A stretch of DNA of 64,000 nt from contig CM114271.1 in the NCBI GenBank assembly GCA_050084515.1, forward strand, positions 29,636,001-29,700,000, in the 5' to 3' direction. Below are positions 50,071-64,000 of the stretch, one piece after another (the stretch's first letter is position 1; each line of letters begins with the position of its first letter). The position numbers and the translations under genes were made by a program. Source of the stretch: Blasia pusilla. Taxonomy: Eukaryota. The notes under the pieces were generated by a model that saw only the letters and a list, made by a program, of their open reading frames with translations, had not been told where the DNA came from and did not search any database.

Positions 50071-53000
50071 ATGGCGGGAGGGCAGTTAGGGTCTCCCAAC
50101 TGTGAAGGGGTCGTTCTGAATTCATTCAATAGCCCTCGTTTTGATATTTCGGAATTTCTGAAAACTCCTAAAGATAACAACCCTGAAGAGCCCTTTTTCA
50201 ACTTCGCAGGCTTCAACATACCTACTCCTACCTTCAACTTGCTCAACCCTCTTCCACCCTTCAATACGCGTAGGAATCTAAGGGGTGAGGGCTCAGAACC
50301 TGATTTCAGTGCACTTTTGTTCGATAAAGGAGTGGAAAGTGAAGGGACTTCTGTAGATGACACTCTCAATGGAGAGCTGATTGCTTTTGACGAGATCGAT
50401 GCCGACATAGCCAAAGATTCATTCGCTCTCTTCAGTGGAACTCACGAGAACTTTCTAAACCATCCCATCTCGCCCTTGAGGATCAACGTTCCTTACCATC
50501 CTGCTGGAGGCAGATTACCCTTGAACTTTCCACCTCCCATGTTCACACAAGGATCATACTTGGGTGGTGAGGCAGGTGGGCTTATGGAAGTAGAGGATCG
50601 TGCGTTAGCCAGTATGGAGCATGGGGCCTCAACTTCTGGTGGTGCAAATCCTTTGACGTGTCCCAGCACACCTATGGATTGGAGCATGCCGAGAGAAGGG
50701 GGCCTACAGACCAATTCGTCACAGCAGCACAACACTTTGCAGTGTGATTCTTGCCAAATTCTGCGCCGAATCATTCATTCCAATGGTTTACCTGCTGAAA
50801 CCTTCAGACCATCTTCTTTACCTTCTGCTGTGGCCTCCTTTCGATGCACCGCACTAGTGGCAGATGTCTAAATCAGACAAACTGGGATGATGGCTGGGCC
50901 ATCTCTGCTCTGAATAAGCTGAGCAGCACTAGAACTGTACCGAATATGTAGCAAATGTCTAAGCGACGTCCAGAGCTAAAATTCATGAGCGACTTACCGC
51001 TTGCAGACTGTGTTTTCCGCTTCTTAGGTTTCTTCACTCTCTCTATACTTTTGGGTCTACAATTACGGGGAGTTTCTCCGAGACATGACAACTGTTTTGT
51101 CGCTTAGTTCCGTAAGACGTTTACACCTCCGTTCATGATGTTGGTCTTGTGTGAAATAGGTGTTCAAGACACAAAGCTTGAGATTCATGGGTGTGACGGT
51201 CAAAGCTACCATGCTGTGTTGCAGACCCGTTTTTGTATTGATGATGGATTTCCAGCTACATTGGAGCAACAGATGGTTGAGTGAGTTAGGATGCCTCGTC
51301 AGGTCCCTTCGAGTCTGAACAACGAAAAGAGCAATCTAAAGGAAATTGAACCAAATCTCGAAGAATCGTGTTGACCTTCCTTGACAGTTTGCAAACATGA
51401 TTCCATTTTGAGCGGATCCCACCTGTCTGTCTGCAATCTTGAGATTAAAAGCTCAAAAGCTCTCTGGGTCGCCATTCTCCGTTCACTGTTTCGATTGCTT
51501 GATGCAGGTTTCCAGTTGGAAACGCAGAGTACGTGAAGCAGTTCCTATTGCAGTATAGTCTTCTGCGGAGGAAGGAAGGTTTTGTGCTACGACATGATTC
51601 TCTCTCAGCCGGTACGGAGGGATCTTGCCTATCTGATCGTGTCATGGTTGCGTCTGGAATCCGTCTTCCCAAGCAACTGGGTCATAGTTCCCTCCCTGAC
51701 ATGCTTTGTACTTCTTCGGGTAAGTGAGTCCTTTCTAACAACCCATTTCACTTTCCGTTCACAGAACTGCCCTGCACTGCACATAACGAGTCGGTTTAGC
51801 GATTACCACTGAACTTTTTTGTTGAAAGTTATCTGCGGATGCATTAATTCCATCACTCAAACAGCGTTCAATATTTGATTCAGCCTTCAGATTTTGTCAT
51901 TAGTTTACTTAACTCAAAGCTTAAAGTAGAGCTACACAAAGTGCCACATGTGGGAGACAGCCTTCATTGAAAATTGAGACCTACGGCACACATGGATCCG
52001 ATTTCTCGTGTCGTTTTACTCTTTTTTTAAAAGACTTTACCTCAAAAAGAGTGTGCTTGGACTTCTCTAAATTATTGTAGTCTGGAGTAAAAAGTAAATC
52101 CTGAGACACCTTTAGTGGGTCAAACGATGTAACATAACCTAGAAAGTTGCATTAAACAATCGATCGATGTGCTGCACGATGCCTTGGGTGTCAAATGTCC
52201 TTTCACCATTTCGTGTGAATTGTCTTGGCTCTGTGTTCGAAATCGTAATTCATGAAGTACTTGACCTCTGGCTCTCCCTTAATGAGTCCTAGCAGTCTTC
52301 CTCGCGCCATGCATGACTTGATTCCAGGTCTCCTAGGCTATCTGTTCTCAAACATGTAACCACACCAGGTCAGAGCAAACTCCATAGGAGCGGCAGCCTG
52401 GACAGCGGGGACCATGCAGAGACTGCGATGACACCTGTTAAGCCTCCAAAAAGCAATGCAGCGGCACAGGTTGCTTGACACTCATCTACTTTCTATTATA
52501 CGTTCATGTTATGAGGCTGTATGTACCCCACCCGTGGCCACTCTGTAAATGGAGCAGTTTATCACAGATTTCTCTTCCATGAAACTATTCTTACGGACTT
52601 CTAATTTCCCATCCATGTACATGGGTAGTGAGATGGAGATCCTTGGACCTTCCTGCTGGTGGATGCTGTCTGGTTTGATATCCTTTCCATCTCCATTTGT
52701 TCGGAATCAAGTGCAAAGTTGTGCTATAAAAGGGAAGAAGGAAAGAAAAGGAACACATACGAACCATGACCAGATCTATCAAGTTCCAAGTTCCTTCATC
52801 CCCATTCTTTTGCGTTAAGGGATTCGTAGGGTTTATGATCACCACACACTTCGCACTCATACGTGGTGTGAACCCTATATTGTACATTGGCATGAGCACC
52901 AGTGCTGAACTTCATGAACTTCATGAATGGCAGAGGGAGAGAACAGGAAAGCTGAAAATGTCTGACTTGGCCCAGCATTTCCATCTCCCTATCAACGCAG

Positions 53001-53396
53001 CAGCCAAAGAACTTGGTATCTGTCCCACTGTCCTGAAAAAGATCTGTCGTCGAAATGGCATGCGCCGATGGCCTCATCGCAAGGTAGACTACCCCGTATG
53101 ATCCAGTTTCACACATCTGAAGGTCTTCAATCCTGCGTGGGGCTACACATATCAGTGTAGTGACAAGATCCTTGTACTTGACTCTTTCATAATCACAGGT
53201 GAACCCTAGTACTATCTACTCCCTAAGTAAACTCGTGTTTTTTCAACAGATCAAAAGTATAGAACGCATCATTGCAACTTTGGAGCAAACTATTGCTGAG
53301 GGAGCTGGCCAAGGGGATGAAGGTATCCGCATGGAGATTGCAATGCTGAGGAATGAACGTGCGCAACTCTGTGCCGGTCTCTTAGGTGAGACCTGA
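50071..53396 (+). CDS. RWP-RK transcription factor, RKD-type (no PB1 domain). Exons ~50071-50785, 51160-51280, 51508-51611 (or -51719), 52369-52469, 52934-53083, 53250-53396
   Basis: LAQHFHLPINAAAKELGICPTVLKKICRRNGMRRWPHRK|IKSIE; upstream CDSCQILRRIIHSNG and KLEIHG...HAVL; GT-AG junctions keep the frame. Confidence 0.9.
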
Positions 53397-54185
53397 CCAA
53401 CTCCAGATAACGGCAACTCAACTGCCAGCCGTTTCAACCAGTTGACTCTACGAAGGGAGCATCTTTTGATGTAAACTTGGAGAATCAACTCCTTCCCATT
53501 GTTTGTGTTTATCTATGCAGCTTACTCAGGGAATTGTCATCCAATTCTTTAGGCCTAAGCCTGTGTTATATCGTGTAGAATTCACACCTTATGTATGCAT
53601 CTTCTGTGAATCTGGCCTCTGGACCCTGCGCAGGGAACCAAGTTTGTAATGAGATTTACTTTGTATTGGCACGTAGAAACAAAATTGTTTCTAAATTATT
53701 CTGATTTGTGATAGATATTGAGGCTACGTCGAGAAAGCTTACGTAAAACTGTGAGGACTCAGTGTACTAATGGGGCCTCTGTTACAGATTGGCCTGGGAA
53801 CAAATAAAGCTTGAAGCTTGTCTCCTCTCTTGTTGGATGATGGTATTTTAGAGATTTTTCCTATCCAACAAATTCAAGCAACTCTCTTAAGTTGGTAGAA
53901 ACAAGAATGAAGTTTCAAGCCACATTTGTGCATAAGGTTAACATGTTCCCAGTACGAAAACCCCCGTGGGAAAGTTCCTCCGTAGGTCGTCCTCTTTGGA
54001 AATGTTTGTTAAGCCACGGTACAAATGCAACCTGATTAAACCAGAATAAGGATGGTCAGAAGCTGGGAAAGATGTAAGATGATGTTTATGTTGTTTTCTT
54101 GTTTATTCGCATTTCTTCCATGTCTAGTCCCCTCTAGGATCTCTGCCAAATTGCTCCCCAAATGAAGTTACATATACTAACAACA

Positions 54186-54255
54186 TGTGGTGAGTCCTTC
54201 TGAGCCTGCACTTGTGGTGAGTCCTTCTGAGCCTGCACTTGTGGTGAGTCCTTCT
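54186..54255. repeat. 27-bp tandem repeat, ~2.6 copies
   Basis: tgtggtgagtccttctgagcctgcact twice plus a partial copy. Confidence 0.9.
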
Positions 54256-56419
54256 TTCCTTGCTCTTTCTATATCGGTTGGTTATACAATTTATCAGGTA
54301 CAGTGAAGGGAAGGTAAGTATTAACCGTGCCCTCCGATACTCTACTTTTGTGTAACCTTACTTTGATCATGTGACAGATTTCTTCGAAAGGTCACTTTTT
54401 GATGGATACTAGTATCTAGATAGTCGTTTAGTAGTTAAGCTGAGTAGATAATAGGGTTCCCGTACAATTTTACCTTCAACTTAGAGAGTCAGCTTTGCTT
54501 TGGCGTTGTCACCAACGTTGTGGCAGGCATATATGGGGCACATGTTCCATTTTTTCTATTGTTTGGGAGTGACTAAAGATTGAAAATGGATTTAATCTAT
54601 GAGATTGTTTTCCTAAGCAGTGAATTTAAGTGACTGGCAAAAGAATCCGGATGGAGATACGTATAGACATGCAGGCAAGGGATAGAGGGGATGAAAGCTC
54701 CCATCACTGGCAGGTCCCTTGTGCAAAATTTACAATAAAGTAGTGCCCACCTGCACTGAATGCGATCGTCGTAATATATATCCAAATCTATTGCAGGAAT
54801 TACACAGTGTTTTGGGGATCTCATGAAATAATGTAGATAGTGTAGGGTAAAGAGTGTGATGTCCTGCCTTCATGGACGGGGTTGTCCTAAGAATAATCCC
54901 AAAAATAAATCCATTTTATTGTAATAACAAATCTCAAAAAGGGATAAAGAAAGGTAATAGTATCTCAAGAAGAGGAATAATCAAAAAATGCGCAATGGAA
55001 TGCACAAAGAAAATGGTAACAAGCCAACATACACACCAACTCTATGAGTTACACAATTGATAACTTGCACAAAACAAATCAGCATCATACTTAATTGTCT
55101 TTTTAATTCTTGTGGTTCATTATAACAAAATATTTTCTTGATGCACCATTATTATGTGTCAATTAAAGTGGTGTTTGAAAATTAAAAATTTATCCTCCTA
55201 TTGTAGTGGAGATATCATACTAAGTTTCCTCCACTATATGATGTCCTTGGCTACCGCTATGTTATTAGGGCTAGTTACAAAATTTATCACTTTCTCTCCT
55301 TCTCTCTTCTATTGCAAATTCATCCTTTTATTTTTTCCCTTCTCCTATTAAAAATCAAACACTTTGGAAAAATCATTGAAGCCCTTATTTATGGACAATT
55401 CATAATATTCTCTCTTCCCTCCCTTGTTAAAAATGTATCCCTTTCTCTTCCCCTCTTAATTCCTTATCTTTTGTTCCCTCTCATAATAAAAATATAACAC
55501 TTTTAGAAATCTCGCAATGAAGCTCTCTTTGGTTGAAATTTTTTTTTAAAAATTCCCTCCCTTATCGAAAATTAATTCCTAGACAAAATTTTGTGTAGAA
55601 ATTCTTGCATTGTTGGGAAAATATTCGTTTTCTTTGTCCCATTACTTAAGAATTTCTCCCTTTCTTTCTCCCAAGCACTCCTTTATTCAAATTCAAAAAA
55701 CCACTGATAATTTTTTTACGAACCTTCAACTTTATCGCTCCTCCCTTCTCTTATTGAAAATTTTAAACTTTTTAAAAAATTAAACCCTTCGAAAAAAAAT
55801 TCCTTGAGAAATCTTGTATTGTTGAAAACTTATCTCTTTTCTTCTTCCCCTTATTTGAGAAATTTTCTAGTTCTCTTGAATCCCCTCCATTGTTAAAGTT
55901 TAAAAGTTTCTTCATAAATTTCTTATGATGCGCAGAATACTGAGTATAAAAAAGAGTTGAAAATGATAGTACAACATATATAATGTTAAAAATAGCTTTA
56001 TCCATAATCACATTTTTTATGGTAAGAATTTACACTCCATAAGGGAGTTTCCTTCCACTCAAAGTTAATGTTTTCTCCTCTTCCTCTCTAAGAACCAATC
56101 ATTGTCCATGTTGTTATCCAATCTAGTCAAACGCCTCATCTACACATAAGAGAAGGAGGAGGGGATAATATGTTATATTTTTGATATATCAAGGAGGGAA
56201 AAAAATGGTTGAATTTTGAATTGGAGAACGGAAGAGAGAAAGGGATAAGTTTCAAACAAGGGAGCTTTACAAGGATTTTTGAAGTATTTTATTTTCAATG
56301 GATGAGGGACGATGAGATAAGCTTTAATTTTCAAAAAGGGAGGTAAAGGGGAAAAGGAATAATTTTCTCAAAACCTTTTCTTTGACTCTTTTTTTCTCAC
56401 AAGTTCATCTACATTTCTT

Positions 56420-58520
56420 TGCAAGTCAATGCTCATACCCCAAAATGGTGAAGAGGTCTCCACACCTTGGGAAGAGACACCCACCATGGTATATCTCTAT
56501 CTAGGACTTTTGGCTATTGGGATGTCCTCCACATGGGTAATACCCTCCATCTCCTAGCTAGCTAAAACTAGATGTGAATGTTGCTAATGTCGTCACAACA
56601 TCACCTTGTGGACTACCACTATGCCCCACAAACGGCACATGTACATGGCTAACTAGTCCATCATCTGATCGCCATCTTGGACGATAAGTAATAGTCTACT
56701 CCGAAAAATTGAGGATGAACCCAAGTTGGTACAACACTATACTCCCTACCAACATATTTTACAACTTTGCAAGTGTTGTACTCGTACGATTGTACACCAT
56801 CACACAATCTAAAGCACGTTTTGGTTGGAGTCTAACAACTAGCTTTTGTCGAGTCATGTATTATTTGGGTGATACATCCCCAATAGAGATATGTGTTTGA
56901 AAGGGACATGGCTCAATATCACCTTTCCATTATGCTTATACGAGAAAGTGTAGACATGTCGCCTTCCCTAGCATCAAGGGTTGTGCTCTTGAATCAAGTA
57001 AAATACGCTATAGGTGGTACTCCGTACCTGTTGGACTAACAAAGCGGAACACTTTGGATGATCCAACAACACCACACCAGGTGGCATCATAACTTGCTCT
57101 ATTGACAAGGTACCCGAGCCCATATTCCCCTCACCCCGCCAAGCCCATTGCATAGACTCGGGTTGGCCGAGCCGCACTCGTTTTATAGTCTGCACGCAAC
57201 CCGCAGCCAAGCCCGCGATTGCGCCTGCATAGGGCCCACAGGGCGGGGCTTAAGGCTTGCATACGGCGTGCTCAAGGCTCGTAGCCTACGTGGGTCCTCA
57301 ACCTGCTCTATGCAAGCCTTGAGCCCACCCTATGGGCCTTGAGCTTGCTTTGCGAGCATGGCTATGGGCCACAAAAATGGTGCGGGCTTGGGCAGCCTGG
57401 GTCTACACGATAGGCTTGGCGGGCTCAGGTGCAGGCCGTAGCACTCAAGCCCGCACGAACATGTCCGCGAACATGGACTTTATCTGTGTGCAATCCTGCC
57501 TATTGTTAGTCTAGTTGGCATATCCGTTAGCTTGGTCGCTATAGCCTGCCATGATTCACTAGAAGACATCTTACTCCAAGGGTAGGTCCACCACCTCCTC
57601 AACGACTATCTCTAAACAAGAGGAAATCACATCTTCATGCTCATACTACGTGATGGCCAGCCGGAACAACTGCTCCAACTCCCACTGTCGCCAAGTCCAT
57701 GGCGGAAAATAATGGAGCCTAGTGCAACATAATGGTCATCCCCTACAATGTGCTTAACCCTAGCTCCACTTGATCCAAATGGGAATCATCTCTCCAACTC
57801 CTCATGATGTCAACATACCCATCCCACTTGTGGGCACGAATGGTCATCTATGACGGTGTGGGCAATGCCTTTGACAACGTGAATGATTGGGGAAACTTGA
57901 CCTATAACCCATCCATCCCCTCTTGTGGGTCTATCTCAACTCCACCTCTCTATGACTTGATCATTCTCATAGTGCCCCAAGTCACAATAGTAACAACCTC
58001 TACTTTAGCCACATTGCAGATAAGCTTAAGCTAACACAGATGTCCTCTACTCCATGGCCCTCATCAATGTCATTTTCATTGCAGCAATTCTCTGCTCCAA
58101 CTGATTGATGCACGTGAGACGCATTGTTGCATGTGCACGTCCTCCATCTCCTTTGATTGGTGGCGGAAATCTGCCACCACGGTCATCAACTTCTCAACCT
58201 CCACCAACTCTTTAGCCCTCAGCCTATCTCTGGACGTATCTCTCATCAAATATTGGTACACCTATCCCTAGTGTGACCATATCGATAACAATGATCGCAT
58301 TGTGACTCTGGTGGAGCCATCCGAGGTGGCTAGTGAACAATATGAGGCACTCCTAGCCCTCTACCATGCCATGGGCAATCCCTCTATCTATGGGATCCAC
58401 CACACATCCAACACTCCAAATTTTGTCTATGTTGACCAACGTAGGTTGCAAGGGTTGTTGCCTTATAGGCTAACGATACTCACTTTGCTCTCTCTGCTAT
58501 AGGGGGTCAAGGGACACTTC
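56420..58520 (-). pseudogene. Decayed gag-protease fragment of the same retroelement group
   Basis: RILLDSRAQPLMLGK at ~56960-57005; PGVVLLD; knuckle-like remnants at ~58270 and ~58400. Confidence 0.65.
57106..57498. mobile_element. hAT-like MITE inserted in the decayed element
   Basis: Ends CAAGG...GTGTGCAATCCTG; 8-bp flanks TCTATTGA / CCTATTGT. Confidence 0.55.
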
Positions 58521-58549
58521 CTAAATTGGAAATTCAAATATACTCACAA

Positions 58550-60200
58550 AGGCAACTTACCCTAAAGAGTAAGTTTCTCTATATAGCTCCAAATGAGCCA
58601 AAACGAATGGAAAACCTGCCCTCTCAGGTTACCTGTGGCCTCATTAGGTCATTCTCGACCTCCTAAGGCTATTCTACACTATTCTCACAAGTGCTCTACA
58701 ACAGACTCGTCGATCTATCCTAAAGAAGTGACAGTTATCGTGCGCATACATATCGCTACACAACAAACATCGCTATCACCAAATACACACACAAACACAA
58801 AAATCCCATGCTAACTCATGACATCCAAACATTGAGACAATCAATTACCAAAATATCTCCAATCGCTCCTCTAGCTAGTATTTAGGTCTCTCTAACTCCA
58901 GATAGTCATCTATCCCTATCTACCATAACATACATCTGTATGAAGCAAAAAGGCTAGGTGCTCATCTGGCCCCATCGTTAGTTTTCGTCTTGTTATCCAT
59001 GTCATAGACACAAGTCAGAATCCATACCTACCTAGCCTCTACTCTATGTACATATATGGCATATCCTTCATCCTCGAAGAACCATAATGAGAGGTGGCGT
59101 TAGACATGCCATTTGCCACCCTCTTGAACATCCATCACAAACTAGCATAGTGGCTGCACCACGGGGAGAACCACACAACATACACCTCAAGCTTGCAAGA
59201 AATACTGCTAAGCTCAGGTCAATTATACCATCAATGTTAGGAAGGTGACATGGCATATATTTACGCATGTGGTCCTTCCAAACCATACCATCACGTCCCT
59301 CCAATAAGAGTACATCAAATGGAAAAATATCTTTCACTCTCACAATAGTGCGTCATGCCATCACATCCAATATCGTAGGTGCCGTCTACTGCAAGTAGAC
59401 ATAGTCTCCTTGATGGAACCTCTCGATAGTTTGTCAATAACCACTTCCCCGAATAGTCTCAAACCTCAGCGTATCCCAATGTTGCGCAATCGCAAAGTTC
59501 TCGAACACCATGGGCATCACTCTCCAGAAAAACTCAGCCCTTTGGGAACATGCTTGCATCCATATATCAGGATCTTCAAGGTTCAACATCTCACTCACAC
59601 CTCAACAAATAGCCGCAGGTAAATCAAGCTCTCGGCCATAAAGCAACAAATACGGTGAAAAAGATGTTAAGTCTGTCTACCTGCTAAATCTGTATCCCAT
59701 TGCCAACCACAGACACTATAGGTCCCAATCTCCTAGAGAACCTCTCCGCAACACATACTTAGGTAAACCTCTCTTCACCGTCTGCACAACCCACTCCGCT
59801 AGTCCATCCGCCTCACGATGATCTCATAAAGTGGTGCGGTGGTCAATCATTGTTTGATCACACAAGGCCTAAAACTCCCTGTGAAAATCCATACCCTGGT
59901 CTGTCAACACCTCAGTTGGCATGCCAAAATCACTAAGCACTTGATATAGGAAGGCATACGCTACTTCCTCTTTTGCTTTGTCACGCAATGCAACCAACTC
60001 TATCTACTTCAAGAAGTGCTCAATCATCACCAACACATAATAACTATGGTGCTCCATCAAAGGTAATTAAAGGTCTTGCAAAATCCAAACTCCATCTATA
60101 ACCTAAACTCATGATTGGTAGTGGATACGATTGTGAAGTTGGGGCATTGAATGATGCCCGGACCCGATATATCACACACCATGCACATGGCAACAAATCC
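58550..60200 (-). mobile_element. Decayed family A 3' portion: integrase-PHD, PPT, B (58863-58736), junction, partial A (58733-~58550)
   Basis: CMLCGSPRGAATMLVCDGCSRGW; the reverse complement matches B1 and A2 of 27618-28252 in the same order. Confidence 0.82.
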
Positions 60201-60201
60201 A

Positions 60202-62196
60202 TGTTTAAACACGGCTTGTGAAAGCCATCCCTCTCTCTCTCTTTTATACTCTTTAGAAAAGGAAAAAACACTTCCCCAAAAAATAGTCCTAAAAGCTATA
60301 ACCTGCACACACATATTAGCGGGTGATCATAGATTCTGTCAACGGATCATTCCACCCAAAACAGCAAGAGACAGAAATAGTCCTAAATGAAAATCCCAAT
60401 CCTAAACCTCATCTCGCACCTCAAGATAAAGTTATGCCCAAATATCTTGCTAACCCTCTATGTGGTTGACACAGTAGAACTCTACTTGTTAGCTAACTAA
60501 GATGTGATATTCTTTTCCGTAAATTCATAGATTTAGATATGTTACAATATCTTTATGTAAAGGGTAACATCTTTCAATGTTCCATCACTACATATAATAC
60601 TATTTTGGCTTACATACACTATATGCACATTGTGCTTTTAGCAAAGAGATATCACTCAAAACATAATATAGATATACAAGTAATCTAGATCTTAATAATC
60701 AATCCTAGCCCACTTTTAACTCAAGAGATTTTGTGATCAATACTCCAACACTGCCTTACAACAATGTACCACAAAGCCCATTCTCAAGGTTTGATATCTA
60801 AAGATGATATCTACATGAGCCTCCTCAAGGATACAATCCCCTTGAGCAACTCCATGGTAATATATGTATCCATGTCACTATCAACCTAGAGTAAATTATC
60901 TATTCACCCTCAACAACCTCTAGACCTAATCTTCTAATAAGAGAGGACATGCATGGTCCCAGGTTTGGTCAACAATGAAAGGCCTCTCACAAAAATACAA
61001 TCCCTCTTAGCCTATTAGGCTCAAGTGGAACCACAACATGCATAGCAGACAATAATATGACACCCTAAATATAAGGAAAGGATGACATATATAAATAGAT
61101 CATCTCTAAGATCTAGATTGAAAGTCATCACGATATCTTAAAATGTCATTGATTATTACAAAGAAACTCTCTAAGCCTTGAAGTAATCTCCCCCCCTACC
61201 TACCTATAGTAATAATCAAGTTTACAACACCTACCTCCCTTGGATCTGTTCCATAATCCTTTTCCAAAAACAATGTTTTCTCTATAGTATCGCATGTTTG
61301 GTTTAGGCTCCTTTTAAAGGTCAAGAAAAGGAACTTCGGTCAGTGTAAGGTGACACTTGTTTCTCCAAGCACAAAATATCATGCAGAAACTCCTTTCAAA
61401 CATCAATCTCTAGTGTTGCGGAAGTGTAGGTTCAGTAGGACACGGTCTCATTGTTGATCTACATCCAAAAACACTCACGTTAGTCTGGTCTAGGTCAATC
61501 AGCCTTCCAACTCACAGATTTCTCAACTTGGCACTTCATCAAGCTCAACCTTCCTAGTTCCTCACTTCCCAACACGGGCAAGTCTTTCGAGACTTGGGAC
61601 AGACTTTTTAGATAATCCAGGCACCTAAAATGGTCTTCGCACGTCTGGCGGTTCCAACTCTCCAATGGACCTTACATGAGCCCCTAATCAAGACACACTC
61701 AAATGCGTCGCACGTTAGAATCCAAAAGTGGCCTCGGAAATCCACTCTATTGGACTTGGTTCGGGTTTTGAATCCCAACGCCAAACTTTCGATCCATTCT
61801 GTGCCCTTGGACCTTGGTTCGCCCCGTGGTACCCTAAAGTGCCATTCGAGTCCCGAGCACTCTTGGAGACCTTTCCCCTTACTAGTACTTTTGGGGTTCT
61901 CTACCCTCCCCCTATCTTTTGAGAAAAGACTCTCAGACCCCTCTTTCTAGCCCTCAACCCAATTCCTTGTACATTTGTTTTCGGGAAATTTCTCAAGCTC
62001 TTCTTATGGGTTTCCTAAGATCTTTGATGCGTTTGGACCAAATTTGCATAAGCTTTGTAATGCCACCTTACTTGTCCTAAACACATCTTAGGAATAAAAT
62101 TTATGGTCCAAAATGTAGTCCAATCCCCAAACGCTAGTCACATTCCAAATCCGGTTCTCATATCTTTGGCAACCTCGCTTCCTAGACTAGAGTCCT
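60202..62196. mobile_element. Unclassified insertion, possibly a large LTR, interrupting the integrase remnant
   Basis: Abrupt switch from integrase sequence to non-coding DNA starting TGTTTAAAC; no partner end in the window. Confidence 0.35.
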
Positions 62197-64000
62197 TGTC
62201 GTGCGAATCCACATCATCATACAACATACATCGTTGACATACCATACTCACCTACATACATAACATAGACGAGAGCATCCACAAACACAAGTGTACCACT
62301 ATTGAAATCCGTGCAAGACCTACTGTCATAAAACACATATAGAATCACATACAATCGAGCTAAACCCACTCCACAATGGGAGAATCTAGGTCGAAGCTTG
62401 CGGGAACCACCATAGCCAATACCTCTACTCACTACCAAGGCTAACTCCCAATGCAACAGGCTCAACTCAAAGAACTAACTGTTCTTTGAGTGCACTCCAC
62501 ACTATATCCTCCAACCTAAGAGCGGGCCCTACTGGAAAAGTCACCCTCAACAGAGTAACCCCCAACCTTATGTATGAAACCGCATCTCTACCTAGACACT
62601 ACGACCCTACATAAGGTACGGCCTCTACTAGCACACTATACTCTATGACATAATCCAAATGGTCATGACAACTGTCGTGCGAATCCACATCATCATACAA
62701 CATACATCGGTGACATACCATATTCACCTACATACATAACATAGACAAGAGCATCCACAAACACAAGTGTACCACAACTCGCCCCCCTAACTGGCGGTTA
62801 GATCCCTCTAACTCCCAAGTAGCCTTATACATCTACTACATGCTATACACCTTCGTGGGTGCACGAATCATAAGGCCGGGTGCTAGGTTTCCCCATCGTT
62901 AGTCGCACATCTGTAATCCATATCATGCAAAGATCAAAACATCTACCCCTCCTAAGTACATCGAGGACAAACCCACCTTCCAGTAGGAACAACATCCATA
63001 TGTGGAGTCAAACACATCATGTGCCAACCCCTAGAACATCGATCACACACCAACATACGGGCTGCGTTACCAGCAAACCCACACAACATACACCTCAAGC
63101 TAGCACGTATCATGGCTAAGCTTGGGTCAACAGTACCATCCACATTTGGAAGATGACATGGCGCATAATTACGCACATGGTCCTTCCAAAAAACTCCATC
63201 ACGACCCTCCAACATGAGAACTCCAGAAGCTAACACCTCGCGCACTCGTAAAATAGTGCGGCCTGCCATCACATCCAACGTTGTCTGTGCAATCTGCTGC
63301 AAATAGACATAGTCCCCCACATGGAACCTACAAATCGATGGTCGATAACCTCCACCCTGAATGGTTGCATACTGCAACGTATCCCTGTGTTGAGCACTGG
63401 CAAGATTCTCAAAGGCTGTTGGCATAACTCTCCGAAAGAGCTCTGCCTGCTAAGAACACACTCTCATCCACATCTCTGGGTCGTCAAGGTTCACCACCTT
63501 ACCAGACTCCCAACGAATTGTTGCTGGCAAGTTTGGATCTCGGCCGTCTAACAGAAAATAAGGTGAGAAGGAAGCCAAGGATGCTTGGTGGCTGAACCTA
63601 TATCCCATGGCTAACCATGGCAACTGAATATCCCAGTCTCCAAGATGCCCCTTCTGTAGGCCATACTTGCGCAATGCCCTATTCATTGTCTGAACCACAC
63701 ACTCAGCCAAATCATCCGCCTCTTGATGATCTCGAGACGTGGTCCGATGATCAATCAACGCCTTGTCACACAAGACCTGAAACTCACCATGAAACTCTGT
63801 ACCCTGGTGGGTCAGCACTTCAGCTGGTGCACCAAAATGACTAAGCACTCTATCAAGAAATATATACGCCGTTCCCTCACTTGCCTTGTCAGGTAATGCC
63901 ACCAACTCAATCCACTTGGAGAAGTGCTCCACCATCACCAACACATATCGATGATGTCGTACATTCAACGGTAACGGTCCCGCAAAGTCCACACTCCAAC
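62197..64000 (-). mobile_element. 3' part of a second family B element: integrase-PHD, PPT, B1 (62777-62673), A2 (62670-62303), B2 (62301-62197); runs off the window
   Basis: Colinear and highly similar to 15481-17280, including the B-A-B terminus; PHD CMLC...CDRCSRGWHMMC...WVCPRC. Confidence 0.92.

Noticed and set aside
54186-54255. CRISPR-like repeat
   Set aside because: Units are contiguous with no spacers, in a eukaryotic context.
54900-56400. AT-rich region with recurring cttcccctt/aaattt motifs
   Set aside because: Probably a decayed repeat, but I could not define ends or a family.

Overview
This is eukaryotic land-plant DNA; intron style, gene content and element types suggest a moss or other bryophyte (inference). 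Three host genes are visible: the last exon of a phosphoethanolamine N-methyltransferase (166-285), a short-chain dehydrogenase/reductase (minus strand, ~32.1-34.7 kb) and a spliced RWP-RK/RKD transcription factor (50071-53396). Most of the rest is Ty3/gypsy retrotransposon DNA. The block 6517-29524 is a nested stack: a PHD-integrase element (family A) contains a conventional 1276-bp-LTR gypsy element (C, 8744-27191), which contains a near-complete minus-strand element (B, 15481-25435). Each is bounded by TG...CA with a 4-bp target duplication. Element B is the main result. Its polyprotein is Gag-protease-DNMT3-like cytosine methyltransferase-RT-RNase H-DDE integrase-PHD finger. Families A and B lack ordinary paired LTRs and instead show split, circularly permuted repeats: A1-internal-PPT-B1-(gc)-A2-B2. 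A Tf1-like self-priming site abuts A1, the polypurine tract abuts B1, and a palindromic GACA-GC-TGTC junction matches the integrated ends. This points to integration from a two-LTR circle cut at an internal att site (inference). All copies carry stops or frameshifts. Coordinates were read by eye; fragment edges are approximate.
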